Of a DNA stretch of 61,034 bases, positions 1 through 11,835 are shown piece after piece. Under the pieces are notes generated by a model. That model saw only the letters and a list, made by a program, of their open reading frames with translations. It had not been told where the DNA came from and ran no database searches. The DNA comes from Thraustochytrium aureum (taxonomy: Eukaryota). The stretch spans positions 186,890 through 247,923 of the forward strand of contig BLSG01000062.1 in assembly GCA_012862495.1 (NCBI GenBank). The letters run 5' to 3'. The translations under genes were made by a program, and so were the position numbers. Every line of letters begins with the position of its first letter. Position 1 is the stretch's first letter.

Positions 1-1
1 G

Positions 2-45
<44 letters not shown>

Positions 46-46
46 C
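1..46. repeat. (GCAG)n tetranucleotide microsatellite, truncated by the window edge
   Basis: Perfect GCAG tandem run of about 11.5 copies, ~100 bp upstream of the ATG at 146. Confidence 0.95.
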
Positions 47-145
47 GCGCTTTGGCTTGCTCGGTCTCGCGGGCCCTGGCGTGGTTGCTGTTGTTGTTGC
101 TGGGGCCGTTGTTGTTGCTGCGGGTGTGGTTTTGCCGCGCGCGAG

Positions 146-964
146 ATGGCTTCGTCCCTGGGCAGGGCGCTCGGGCTTGGCGCGAAGCGGCTCGGCGCCC
201 GCCCGGCAGCGCGAGGCTCGCTGGACGCGCCGTGGAGGACATGGGGGGGACGCGGGGCGCAGGTGAGGTGGCTCAGTGAGGGCAAGGACGGCGAGGAGCT
301 CAGCCTCGAGGAGCGGGCCGCGCTTGAAGCCAAGCAGAGGGCCGAGGCGGAGAAGTCGGCGTTCGAGGCGAAGAAAATCGCGGAAAAGGAGAGGTACAAC
401 CGCGAGAAAGAGGAATACGAGGCCAAGCTCAAGGTGCTGCGGAAACAGTACCGACTCGAGTCCCAGGAGATCGAGGCTGCTAAAGAGAGGGAGCGGCTTG
501 AGCGGATCAAGAGGAAAGCCGAACTCGAACGCGTGCGGCTTGAGCAGCGCGCCAAGGCCGCAGAAAGGCTCGTGCAGAACCGCACCAAACTAGAGTACAG
601 CCCGGTCGAACTCATGGAGACGCACGCCGAGCGCGAGGAGCGGCTCAAAGTGCAGCGCGAGGAGAAGATGCGCAAAAGGCAACTTGTGCTTGAGAAGCTG
701 CAGCAAGAGCGCGCTCTGCAGGAGCGCCGACAGGAGGTCTACATAGAGTTTCTCGCCAAAGAGGCCTCCGGGTGGATCTCCAAGCAGGACGCAGACGACA
801 ACTTGGTTGAGGCCAAGGTCAAGGCCAAGCTGTTGAAAGTGTATCCCATCACTGCCACGTTCCAATCTGCGCTCCCCAAGCACCACTACGAGGAGGCCTG
901 GCGCTATCTCTCCGATGACACGATGGCAAACGTCGAGCAGGCGTTTGGTGAAGAAATCCTCTGA
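146..964 (+). CDS. Mitochondrial coiled-coil protein, possibly ribosomal protein mS26-like (272 aa)
   Basis: Intact ORF. The Arg/Ala/Gly-rich N-terminus has only one acidic residue and ends ...VRWLS, like a mitochondrial presequence. A long E/K/R coiled coil follows. RYNREKEEYEAKLKVLRKQY and EASGWISKQ..NLVEAKVKAKL resemble mS26 N- and C-terminal segments as I recall them (not searched). Confidence 0.5.
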   Translation: MASSLGRALGLGAKRLGARPAARGSLDAPWRTWGGRGAQVRWLSEGKDGEELSLEERAALEAKQRAEAEKSAFEAKKIAEKERYNREKEEYEAKLKVLRKQYRLESQEIEAAKERERLERIKRKAELERVRLEQRAKAAERLVQNRTKLEYSPVELMETHAEREERLKVQREEKMRKRQLVLEKLQQERALQERRQEVYIEFLAKEASGWISKQDADDNLVEAKVKAKLLKVYPITATFQSALPKHHYEEAWRYLSDDTMANVEQAFGEEIL

Positions 965-1244
965 ACAACCTAACCTGGCTTCTAACACAATGCTACCTAT
1001 TCGTCCCCGTCGCGCCGGGCCCTCGACTTGGCGCGTTGTTTTTCAAGATTGTAAAGAAATTCTTGCGACGGTGCTTTTGTGCCACGCACGAGAGCAAGGG
1101 CGTACATGCGCGGCCCTCTCTACTACTTGAGCAAGAGACTCTCGCTCTCTCTAGAGAGAGAGCTCGACCTGGGAGGACGCAACCTCGCCTGCAGTGCTTT
1201 GAACGAACAGAGGCCCTTGAGGTACGAGACGCGGGTGCAGCAAA

Positions 1245-4200
1245 TCATGGCGCCTCCGCGGCGCGCTCTGAAGCAGCGGGCTCCAGAGCAGCCTTGCTTT
1301 CGTCCTCCACCGGCGACGGGGGCACACCGACAAAGTACCGGTCCAGCGACCGCAGGAAGCGCGCCCGGTACGCAGACGGGTCGACCACTGTCGGCTCGAG
1401 CTGGCCGGCGATCATACCCGCTCGCTTGACGCTCGACTCAATCATCTTCTTCACGTTGTACAACTGCAGAAAGTCAATCACGCCGACGTCCAGAGTCCAT
1501 CTCGCAGCCTCCTCCGAGCCAGCCACGCCCTCCGCCGGCTCGCCCTTCGCAGGCAAGCCGAGCAAAAGCGAGTAGTCGATCACCTCGTGCTCCTCCAGGA
1601 ACTTGGTGTCGCTTTCCAAGGCACGCACCAGACGTGCCTTGGCCTCGGCGCGCAACGGCAAGGGGAGGCCGCCCGTGAACTCGCAAAAGTTGCGGTCCAT
1701 CAGGACCTGGTCTCCCCGAGCGTTGTGGACATACCTATTGCGCATGTTGCCCTTGAGGTCAAATTTGGCCTCGTAGGCGCGGTCGCTCCTGAAGAGATTC
1801 TCCAACACAACAAAGTGGCGNNNNNNNNNNNNNNNNNNNNNNNNNNNNNNNNNNNNNNNNNNNNNNNNNNNNNNNNNNNNNNNNNNNNNNNNNNNNNNNN
1901 NNNNNNNNNNNNNNNNNNNNNNNNNNNNNNNNNNNNNNNNNNNNNNNNNNNNNNNNNNNNNNNNNNNNNNNNNNNNNNNNNNNNNNNNNNNNNNNNNNNN
2001 NNNNNNNNNNNNNNNNNNNNNNNNNNNNNNNNNNNNNNNNNNNNCGAACAACTCGTGCCGGCACCTCTGCAGACGTCTCGCGAAGGCGCCTCTCCGCTTC
2101 TGCGCCAGCGGCCCGCGAGCTCGCCCTGGTCCTGCGCGGGCTTCGCGGGGTCTCGGCCTCGCCCTGCCCCGGCAGCGCATGCGCAGCGCCACCACCGGAG
2201 CTCGTCTCAGGAGAGGGCGACCTCGGCCGCTCTGGCGGCTCGGCGAGTCCCTCCGCGCCGGCGCGCCCGGGAGGGGGTCTGGGTGCTCTCTTGCGGCGAC
2301 CCACAGCGCTCCGCCCCCTCGTCCTCGGGACGCTGCGTTGGCGAAGCCGGATGCTGGTACGCCGAAGGCGCTGCCTCCTTGGAGGAAATGCTAAACACAC
2401 CGACAATGCGCGACAAGGCCGTGGGGCGGTCCTCGGCGAGAACCTGCGCCAAGTGGCCAAAGTACCCGGAAGCGATACTCAAAAACATGTCGAGCTCCTC
2501 CGCGCTTATCGACTTGGCCACGAACCGGCCGTCGCGCGTTCTGTAAAAGTGCGACTTGCTCTTGCCCCCGGTTGCTTGCCACTGCACGCAGCGCGAGAGC
2601 GACTCCAGGAAGCTTATCTCCGGGTCGATTCGGTCTCCGCTTGGCGTGCTAAAGTTGAAGAACGCCTGCCGGAGAGCGTGGAAGTGAAGCGGCGCGTGGA
2701 CGCGCACAACAAACTTGAAATCCGGGCCGTCCAGGGCCGCGTCGCTTGACCTCAGAAGCGACAGAGGAGCAGAGGCTGCGCCCGCTTCAGCAGACCCGCC
2801 CACCTGGGCAGCGCGCCCGGTGCCCTCCGCGAACTCGAGTTCAAGCACGCTAGCACGCAGCTCCGTCTTGCAAGCCAAGACCTTGTCCCAACGATGCTCC
2901 TGCAGGCTCTCCTGCAAGCCGTACTCCTCCGCCACAGAGAACAGGTGCTTCCTGTGCTCCTTCGAGTTCAGCGCGTATGCCACCCACGACGTCGGCTCGT
3001 CATCGTGCACGAGCACGACGCGGCACCCAAATCCTTCAGGCAGGCCCAAATGGCCCCGCAGGAGGAGGCCCGACGAGAGGTCGACGTTACAGAGCATGGC
3101 CAACTTGGATTCGAGCTCCTGCTCGGCCACCTTGACTTGCGCACGAGCCAGGGGTTGTGGGCGCTGCGCACTCTGCGATCGGGCTATGGGGAACGGCGGA
3201 CCGAGCCCCTCGCTCGTCGCGTCTCCCTCGGTGGCCGCGCTGGCCGCGCTGGATGTTTCGTCGCGCGACGACTCACTCTCTACCACGCGAGCTTCACCTC
3301 GCCCGTGTTGTGCTGCTGCCGCGCCGCCCGCCAACCCGCCCTCGCCCTCCGAGACCTTTCGCTCGCCTAGCAGGAGTGACAAGTCCGTCAGGGGGACATC
3401 TGCGCCAGCGCTCGCAGTGGTTAGGCCCAGAGACGCGCGGTCGTCACCGAATTCCCCGTCGACAGACGAACCAGCATCGCCGTCGCTGCCCCCCGAGTCG
3501 ATTCCTCGCACGTTTTGCGCGCTCGAATCCTCCTGGGACCAGTCAGTCGCTCCGGGGAGAATTGCAGCTTCATGCGTCGCGAGGCCCTCCGTGAAGTCGC
3601 CCTCGGTGGACGAGGACATTGTTGCCGCATGCGCGTCGTGCAGGCTCGCAGAGCGCGCTGTGCGGGCGCTCTCCGGCCCCGCCTCGGCCGCTGCGCGCGC
3701 TTCTGCTCTTGAGGGTGACTCCATCTTAGGCCGCGAGAAGATGTCTTGAAGGCTTGGCGTTGGCTTCGACCCGGCCAGTCTGTGGTGACTGAAAGCTCGG
3801 GAGGTCAACGTTGAGCGGAGCGCGGCAATGTCCTCGTTCCAGACCTCGGCGAGGACGACGAGCTCTCGGCGCGCCCAGTTAATCTCCAACAAGTTTGGTT
3901 TGGCCGCCTCGAGCACGCTTGCGGCCCGGGCGACGGCTGATTCACTGACTTGCGCCAGACGTTCCACTTGCGGCAACGATCGCGCAGCCGCCTCGAACCG
4001 ATCTTGGAACCGAACGAGCCGATCCCTCGCGGCCGAGATCGCGGCTATCAGGCTTTCCAAGTCCGCCTGACGTCGCCGCACCGCGCGCTCAAGCCATTGC
4101 TCCGCGGGCGCTGCAAGCCTCACGGGCTCCTTGTGCGAGGCCTCGGACAACGACACGCCATAGCGCGGGCACCGCTCGTACTCGAACCCCGCGACCATGC

Positions 4201-7200
4201 CCATGCACTCAAAGTACGTAACGTAGTCTTGAAAGATCGAGTGCTTGCAGTTGGCCTCGGCATCCGGGAAGAGCGCCGAGAGGTTTTTCGCCTTGTAAAA
4301 GAGCTTGACTTGCAGCCAGCGCGCGAGCGGAAGCCCTTCGGCAGTCTTTGAAAGAACGCGGTACTCTGTTGTTGCGTGGCACTTGCTGCACTCGGACCAG
4401 GTCAAAATGGCGTGCTCCTTTATCGGCATTGCCCACCCCGAGCCCTGGCGAGTTGCAAGGTTCTGCAGCCTTCGGATGCTTCTCGAGACGTACTCGCGGC
4501 GCGCGTGCATAAGCATCTCGCGAAGGCGGCCCTGGACAGGGTCTGCGCTAGACAGCAGGCCGCTAAACACGAATACGCGCCCGTCTCCGACCTGGAACAC
4601 GGTGCAGGTGTTGGCCGCTTCGGCCGCGTCGGCCGCGTCCTCGTCCCCGCGAGCAACCGCATGAAGGAGCGACGGCGAGGTCGCGCTCAAGCCCCCCGGC
4701 GAGGCGACAAGCTGGGCAAAAGAAGCCTTGCGCGGCGCCTCGGCGGCGCCGCGATGCAGCGGAGGCGTCCCCAACAAGCTCGGACCGAGCACGGCTGGGG
4801 ACGCTGGGCGCGGCGGGCTCGGCGTCGCAGAACGATCGCTGCCGCCTGCGGTTTCTGCAATCTCACCACTTGAGTTGCCGAGAGAGCGCGCCATGGAGCT
4901 GGCAGGCGACGAAGGGGCGCTGCCCGCTTGCCTTGCAACGGTCTTGGCCGCAAAGGCAGCGAGCCCGCCCGGCGTCGCAGTGCGAGGCCCGCCACCCTCG
5001 GGCGTGGCGAGCGACCGGCTCAGGACGGCGGTGCTGACCCTGGCACTACTGCACTTGAGCGCCCGCGCGGCCGAACAAAGCACTGCCTGCGCAGGAACTC
5101 GCCTAACGAAAGCTCTGGGCCCGGCCCGCCGAATCGCAGCGAGACGACCTCGCTCAAATGCATGGCGCCACGCCCCTTGATAGTGATCTTTGCAGCACGC
5201 AGTCCGTCACTGGCCAAGAGCGTGTCTTCGAGAGCGATCGCCCGTGGCGCCGAGAGCCTGTCCTCCCCAATAGCGACCCCCACGTCGAAGAAGAGGTGGT
5301 TTTGCTGCTTGATCGTATAAGTCGTGGTGATCAAGCTGGTCAGGATGCGCTCCATGTGGCGCAACGTGGTGGGGCTCGCGCCACGCAGCATGATCGACCC
5401 GCCCAAGCGCGGCGGGCAGCCCTCGAAGAACATGTAGGCGCGCTCGCGCTTGCCGCGGTCGTTGCGCGCGGCGGTCTGCTCAAGCAGCTCGCCTCTCTGC
5501 GCTTCCGAGAGCTCCGTGCAGAGGTTGCGAACATGCCACAGCGAGCACGACCCCCGCGGGTCGGTTTGTTTCGTGATGTTCCCTGTGGCTGGCAATATGA
5601 ACGCGCCCGTGAGCCACGAGACGCGCTCGAGCAGGTCCTTTTCTACATTTATGACAAGCGAAATGTTTTGCTCGAGCAGGAGCTGTTGAGCGATGCGCGA
5701 CACGGTGCTTCCGACAAGCAGCACGTCCACGCCAACCGAGGCAATTTTACGGACGACGAGCTCCATGTATTGCTGCTCCTGCTCGCGCAACGTGTCGAGC
5801 GACGAGATGCGGCTCTTGTCGCGCAAAAACTCGATCGCGCCAGAAATAAGGAGAATCCGCGGGTTTTGCACGCGGCGCCGCATCATGCGGTGGACCACAT
5901 TTTTGTCACAAGCGACGCCGTCAACCACGCTCGACTCGGCTACTGTGCCGCCTGGGACGGAAACCAGCTTGCAATACGCGTCGAAAGCCATGGTGTGAGG
6001 CCGAACCTTTGCGCAAAAGGCGCGAGACAGCCGCAAGAGCGCCGAGGCCCACATCTCTTGCTTGGTGTCGCTGAGGATGATGCTGGGCCGCAGGTCGCGC
6101 AGCGCCGCGATCTCGCGCTTGACAAGTCGTCCAAGTGCGCCCTCCAGCCTTTTGTCGAACAGGCTGCGCTGCACCTCGAGTACAGCGTCCAGGTCGCCCT
6201 GCTCAGCACTGCTGCGAGCCTCGTGGGCGCGAATCAGGTCGGCGATCGCGTCCGTGGCGCTAGCCGCGGTCCGCCTTTCCTCTTCTTCGAGGGAGCGCAG
6301 GTTTCTGGGCGAGGCCAGAGTTGCGGGCTGGTCAAGCCGGAAGAGCATACTCGCGGCAAGGCCGCGCATGTCTTCGCTCTGCGCTACGCGAGCGTCGTTT
6401 CCGAGGCTATTGCTGCGCTCACGAAGCACAGAGTAGCTCATGGCGCGCTTGTTGAGCATCAGCGAGCCCTCGCCCCCATGCGCTGCTTCGCTGCCGCCAG
6501 GGCCGAGATTTTCTATCGCGTCTTCCAGGTCAAGCGGCTCTCCGGAGAGCCGCCGGCGCCGGCTCTCTGCTACCATCTCTGCCGTTCGGGCCAGCGCTGC
6601 ATTTGTGTCCACCGTGCCGGTGCCGCTCGGGACCGGGAAACTGTCTTCTGGCACCGCTGCAAACTCGGCGTCGCTCGAAGAACCCTTGCTCGTGCCAGAC
6701 GATCCCTGCGACTTGAGGCGCTGCGCAAAGTCGCGCTGTCTGCTGATGCCGTCCTTGACTTGCGTAGCAGAGTCGTAGCAGGCGTCGCACACGCGCACCT
6801 GGCCAGAGTACCCGTAAAGGCTCCCGTCCGTGGTCTTGCTGCTGCACTTGTCGCAGTAGATCGCGCCGCACGACCGGCAGTGGTGCTTGCGCCGAAACAT
6901 CGTGAATGGTGCCTCGCAGTTGAAGCACGTTTTGCAGGCGGCGTCGTCCATCCAGAACTGCCGCGCGCTGCGTCGCTTCAGCTCGTCGCCACTGCTGTTG
7001 TCCTGCCCTTGCCGTGCGTACCGCTGTGCCGTGCCGACGGACGGCGCGCCGTTATCCTCGAACAGCACTCTCCGGGCCGCCGACCGTCCTCCAGAGGCGC
7101 CACCGTCCATGCCCCAGCCCCCTGCGCCTCTCTCAGGTGTCGCCGAGCCGTCGTCGGGCATCCGAAGGTCGTTCACCGCAGGGGCGTTCATCCCCAGGAA

Positions 7201-7218
7201 CGACTCGTACGCGGCCAT
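1245..7218 (-). CDS. FAB1: 1-phosphatidylinositol-3-phosphate 5-kinase Fab1/PIKfyve (frame breaks near 5075 and 2275; gap 1821-2044)
   Basis: ATG at 7218 (MAAYESFLG). Domains in order: FYVE finger (WMDD..CKTCFNC..FTMFRRKHHCRSCGAIYCDKC..RVCDAC); Cpn60/TCP1-like domain (VDGVACDKNVVHRMMRRRVQNPRILL..MFFEGCPPRLGGSIMLRG); Cys-rich region (TWSECSKC..CKHSIFQDY); PIP-kinase domain (WQATGGKSKSHFYRTRDGRFVAK, VLENLF, FDLKGN, DYSLLLG, GVIDFL, KMIESSVK, PTVVDPSAYRARF). Confidence 0.93.
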
Positions 7219-7662
7219 CTTGCTCGCCCGTCGCCGCGCCCGCAGCACGCCGTGCCCGCAGCTCGCCGAGCAGCTCGCCGAGCAGCGCAGCCGCCCGTCG
7301 CAGCGCGCGAGCTGCAGCGCGAACGGGGACTGGGACAAGCTTTCGCAGGCAGAGAAGACTCTGAGTTACTTGGCCTCGTTCTTCGTCGTCCTCGTCAACT
7401 GCGACTGGCTCGTACCAGCAGGCCTGGCTGCCGTTGCTGGGCTCGCAGGGCAAGGGACGGCTAGGACTGACTTGGTGGGGAGCGCACGAGCTCAGGTCGC
7501 TCCGGCAGGCCGCATGCGGCCAACGCATGCTGCAGATAGTGGATGTGGCGCCTTGGCGCCCGCGCACGGCTTTGCAAGACTCGCTTGTGCGCAGGCGCCC
7601 GCAGAGGCTTTGCCAGGCTCGCGGTCAAGGTTTTGGCCCAGTCGCGCAGCATTATGATTTTA

Positions 7663-10600
7663 CTAGGTGGCGGAGTCGCCGCTTTGGCTGAGGTCCTCAA
7701 AGTTGTCCCAGGCCAGCTGCATGAATTCGGTGGCATCGAGGTCGTGGACCCTGCGGACTAGCTCGGAGCGCTCCCCGCGCTCGAGGTGGGCCTTGGAACT
7801 CGCAACCCCGGTGTCTAGTTCAAGCTGGTCTTCTTCGTCCGCGAAGGGCGGCTCTGCAAGGCGGTTCACAACTTGGCCGCCCTGACCTCCAACATCCGCC
7901 GATGCGCTGGGATCCATCGCAGAAACACCGCCTGATCCGCCGGTAGCTTGTTGCTCTGCACCCTGCGATTTTGGCGAAGCCGGCGACCCTGGCGAGGGCT
8001 CTCCCGACTCGAGTTCACCAGGCGGCGGGATGCCCGTCGAGCGCGAGTCGCTGGCCTCGTTGAAATCCTTGAACGAGTCTTCGCGCTTGCGCTCCTCGAG
8101 CTCCTCTTCCTCGAGACGTGCCACCCGCACGTTGCTTGCAATCTCCACCTCACTTGTGCCTTGAGCCTCGCGACGATCGCCGATCTCGTTGCTGCTGCTG
8201 GGCTCCGACAAATGTGGACGTACATCAGGTCTTGTGTCCTTCGCCTGGGCTCCAAATGGTGGCGCTCTAGAATGCGGAGGTGTGGCCGCACGCTGGTCGG
8301 GTTGCGACGAAGAACGAGGCTCTGCAGACCCATCTGCAGGCGGGCGTTCTGAGGGCTGAACAAGGTCGTCCACAGTTGGAAACGAGCTTGGCAGCGGCGC
8401 GACAGGGCTCGCGGGCGGCGGCGGCGGGAGAGGAGAGTTTTCAAGCGAGTCCAAGGACGAGGGGGCCTCGTCCTCCTCCTGCTTTGCACGCGCTGGTTCG
8501 AGCTCGCCGCTGAAAGCACGGTCGATGCGCAGCGGTTTGGCGGTCTTCTCGGCCGCTTCAGCATGGTCGAGGTCCCCTTGGTACTCCGAGTCAACGTCGC
8601 TGTATACCGAGGATCGCGGCGAGAGGTCCCTTCGCGCCGCGTTGGTTGTTTGGCGTTGCGACAACGGCAGCATCGCCTGGCGAAGGAGCAAGTCATCGGC
8701 TCGATCGGAGGGGTATTCGAGGTCCAGGTGGTCAGGGCCGGCAAGGGGGTGATGAAACTCCTGGGACAGGTCAGCAGAGAGGCGTCGAACAGCTTTGAGC
8801 GCTGTCTTGACCCTGCGGTCCTCGATCGTGCTCTGCGAGGCGCGAAGCTGACTCATTAGGCGCGCGTACTCCTGGTCCGTGAGGGTGTCTCGGTCCGGCA
8901 GCCCTGGGTCGAATCGCGCCATTTGGTCCGCGAGTAGCTGGCTGACGCGGTCCAACTGGAAGCGGACCTCAGCAGGGCGGTGGTCCCAGCGTGCTCTGAT
9001 GTAGGGCTTGTTGGGCAACGGCATGTGGTCCATGCGCTGCTTTTCGACGACGAAGTGCGACTCGACAAGGGAAGCCTCGGTGTCCAGGATGGCGTCAACT
9101 TGCTCCATTCCGACCAGCTCTGTCTCCGTAATGGCCCCTGCTTCGCGCGCATGGACGTACCGCATCGCTATCTCGCGCACTGCATCCTCAGCAACTGGAC
9201 GCGTTCCGTCGCCCACGTTGGAAAACTTGGCGACGTGTTGAGCCACTGCCTGGGTCGGAGACGTCACCCGGGTCTCGGATTCCAGGCCGAAAGAGCGTGG
9301 CGATGCAGCCGCGGCGGCGGCGGCCTCAAGGCGAGCTCTTGAGGCCACGCGCTCGGTGTGGACGCGCCACCGTGAAAAGGCGCGACCGAGCGCGAAAGCC
9401 TCGTGGGCAGACTGGATTCCGCCGAGAAGCCGAGCAAAGTTTTGGACGACCAGCCGCCGCACGATGCCCTCCTGCTGCGCAAGGTGCTCTTTGAAGTTTT
9501 GCTCGTTGCTTCCCGGAGACTTTTCGAGCGCCGCTGTCCTGAGCTGGGCGGCTGCCCTCGCAATGTTTTCCTCATCCGACGCGTCTTGATCGCGCTGCCC
9601 GAGCCGCAGGTCTGAGTCGCGCCGCTCACGGAGGAGCGTTTGGTGCCACTGCAGCTCTCTTTCCAAGAGCTGTAAGCGGTTTTCTTCTGTGTCGCGCGTC
9701 GGGGCTGCGGCGGGCATCGCAGACTTGAATTCCTCAAAGACTTGCAGCTTGGCCTCCAGTGCTGCGATGCGCTTTTCGTAGGCCATCTGCTGCTCCGTGA
9801 GTTGTTGCTTAAAGTGAGCTTCGAGGCGATGCTCGTGCATTCTGCGCTCTTCGCGGAGTAGGTTCAGTTGCTCGTCGTACATGCGTCTCTCTGCGACTCT
9901 CGTGCGCTCGACCGCGCGCTCGACCTCTAACTCAACGGACCCGCTGGCTTGCGCCAGGGCCTGGCGAAGCTTTTCAATCAACTCCTCAGAGATCTCCGCA
10001 GGAGCTTTGTTGCCGGCGTCCTGCGGCTCGAGGTTTGGGTCGCGGTTCTCGTTCCCAGCGACGGAGGTGGACATTAGGTGGTTGCGGCGCGCGCAGTGTC
10101 GGCGCAAAAACTCCCTACTGGAGAAAGCTTTGCCGCACGAGTCGCACACTGCCGCTTGGATGCACGGGGCGCTCTCGGGGTCTGAGCTGTTTGCCTTGGC
10201 TAGCGCGGCCCTTGCCGCCGCCCCTTGTGGCCCGTGTACGGTGAGCACGTACTCAAAGGTGGCGAGCGCTTTGCGCTTTTGCTTGATCTCGCGGCGCAAT
10301 GCGTCGTTTTCGTCCGCGATTACGCGGTTGTCCTCGAGAAGCTGCTCGTTGTCCTCGGCCAGGACGTCGTTGTCTCCCGCAATCACGTCCAAGCGGGCGT
10401 ACAGCGAATTCTCAAGGTTGAGCAGATACTCGATGATCAATTGAGCCACGCGAAACGCCTTCACAATCATCGCGTCCGAGAGGTGCTGCAAGTCGGTCGT
10501 CTTCAGGTTGCAGAACGCCACGTTCTCGAGGACTTCCTGCAGGGCCCCGACGTCGACCTTGTCAACGACCTCTGCAAGGTCGACCCGCGCGAGCTTCCTC

Positions 10601-10710
10601 ACGTTCAGTCTGCCATGTCTCTGCTGAAAGAAAAACCTGTCAATCCAGTCCTCCTGCGCGCCCGCTGCTGGAGCCGCTTCGGCGTCTTTGCGCCACCGCG
10701 AGCTCTCCAT
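7663..10710 (-). CDS. DZIP1: DZIP1/Iguana-like ciliary C2H2 zinc-finger coiled-coil protein (~1015 aa)
   Basis: ATG at 10710. Dzip-like N-terminal domain (FFFQQRHGRLNVRKLARVDL..VDVGALQEVLENVAFCNL..FRVAQLIIEYLL), coiled coil, C2H2 finger CDSCGKAFSSREFLRRHCARRNH, further coiled coil, disordered tail. Confidence 0.85.
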   Translation of the reverse strand: MESSRWRKDAEAAPAAGAQEDWIDRFFFQQRHGRLNVRKLARVDLAEVVDKVDVGALQEVLENVAFCNLKTTDLQHLSDAMIVKAFRVAQLIIEYLLNLENSLYARLDVIAGDNDVLAEDNEQLLEDNRVIADENDALRREIKQKRKALATFEYVLTVHGPQGAAARAALAKANSSDPESAPCIQAAVCDSCGKAFSSREFLRRHCARRNHLMSTSVAGNENRDPNLEPQDAGNKAPAEISEELIEKLRQALAQASGSVELEVERAVERTRVAERRMYDEQLNLLREERRMHEHRLEAHFKQQLTEQQMAYEKRIAALEAKLQVFEEFKSAMPAAAPTRDTEENRLQLLERELQWHQTLLRERRDSDLRLGQRDQDASDEENIARAAAQLRTAALEKSPGSNEQNFKEHLAQQEGIVRRLVVQNFARLLGGIQSAHEAFALGRAFSRWRVHTERVASRARLEAAAAAAASPRSFGLESETRVTSPTQAVAQHVAKFSNVGDGTRPVAEDAVREIAMRYVHAREAGAITETELVGMEQVDAILDTEASLVESHFVVEKQRMDHMPLPNKPYIRARWDHRPAEVRFQLDRVSQLLADQMARFDPGLPDRDTLTDQEYARLMSQLRASQSTIEDRRVKTALKAVRRLSADLSQEFHHPLAGPDHLDLEYPSDRADDLLLRQAMLPLSQRQTTNAARRDLSPRSSVYSDVDSEYQGDLDHAEAAEKTAKPLRIDRAFSGELEPARAKQEEDEAPSSLDSLENSPLPPPPPASPVAPLPSSFPTVDDLVQPSERPPADGSAEPRSSSQPDQRAATPPHSRAPPFGAQAKDTRPDVRPHLSEPSSSNEIGDRREAQGTSEVEIASNVRVARLEEEELEERKREDSFKDFNEASDSRSTGIPPPGELESGEPSPGSPASPKSQGAEQQATGGSGGVSAMDPSASADVGGQGGQVVNRLAEPPFADEEDQLELDTGVASSKAHLERGERSELVRRVHDLDATEFMQLAWDNFEDLSQSGDSAT

Positions 10711-11080
10711 CCCGTCGAGGCCGGCAACTTGCAAGTCCCAGGAGGCCCGGCGAGTCGCCGCGATAGAGCGCTCTCCGGCGGCCTCGTGGCGCCCGCACGC
10801 GCCGCGCCTTGCGGGTCTGCCTGCCTCTTGCCGCGCGAGCAAGACCGAGGTCTACTCGGTGAGCACATAACTGCGCGTCCCACTCTGTCCACCCTCGATT
10901 AAAACTGGCCCAGCAGGACCCTTTCGTGAATGAGCCGCCGAGTGCATGGGCTGGCTGGCCCTCGGCGAAAGACAAGACGCGGTGCTGCGCGCGTGGCTTG
11001 CTCGGTCGGCGCTCGTCGAAGAGGCCGAAGCTCGCGCGTGTTCACGGCCGGCCGGCCCTTGACCCGGCGTGTGCATGCTG

Positions 11081-11136
11081 GTTCGCTGGCTGGCTGGCTG
11101 GTTGGTTCGCTGGCTGGCTGGCTGGCTGGCTGGCTG
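11081..11136. repeat. (GCTG)n microsatellite in the divergent intergenic region
   Basis: Two interrupted GCTG runs (gttcgctggctggctggctg gttg gttcgctggctggctg...). Confidence 0.9.
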
Positions 11137-11835
11137 AAACGCGTTGGCGCTCGTCGAAGGGCCTTTGCCTGCGGGCCACTCACTGCTCACGGTCGGCGCA
11201 TCGCTGCTTGCGCTTGCAGCTCATGGATGGCCACCCGCCCCGCTCGTTGTTTGATTTTTGCTGTACTTGTCTTCGCAAGTGTTGCACACCAGAACAGAAA
11301 GCTTTGTCGAACGGGGATTTCGAGGCCATCCGACAAGCCCGGCTGGTATCTCCTCTAAGCCGACGACGATTGCAACTCGCAGGGCCTCCTTACCCGTCAG
11401 AACAGATGCGCCCGGCCTTGCTTTCGTCGAGCGCCACGCGTTCTGTGCATCGCCAGAATTCAGAGTGTAAGACGCGACTTGACCCCTCCCCGCTGATGAG
11501 TAGGTACGTGTAGGCGAACGGGAGTGCTCCCGGCTCTCGAGAGCGGCCCTCGCTAGACTGCTTCGCCCCGACTCGGCCCTCGAGCGCCAAAGGCATTGGG
11601 TCTTCTGTTGCCATTTGGGGGTAGACAGTGGCTGGTCGTAACGGGCACAACGGCCATCCAAGTCATCCGCGGCGCTGCGCCAGCGGCAAAGCTTCAACGC
11701 TCAGCAGCGGCAGCGGCAGCAGAAAAGCAACAGCACCATCGACAGCAGAGCAGCACCAGCACCAGCACCAGCAGTGGGCGGGTATTTGAAAGTCGGTTGG
11801 GTTTGGGCTGCCCTTCCCGCACTCGACTGGACGAG

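Noticed and set aside
1145..1160. 16-bp palindrome CTCTCTCTAGAGAGAG between convergent genes
   Set aside because: A low-complexity (CT)n/(AG)n junction; no evidence of function.
1745..1762. Fab1 kinase motif DLKGN instead of DLKGS
   Set aside because: This last position varies among PIP kinases, and the catalytic residues (K, DLKG, DYS, ID) are retained.
5158..7464. Long antisense ORFs (768 aa opposite Fab1; also 40108-41568, 46974-49121 and others)
   Set aside because: Shadow ORFs are expected from high GC3 codon bias; they have no recognisable motifs.
11701..11775. CAG/CAGCAC-rich tract read as poly-Ala/Gln/Ser-Thr in the 285-aa ORF
   Set aside because: It lies upstream of the ATG at 11836 that begins the signal peptide, so it is most likely 5' UTR low complexity.
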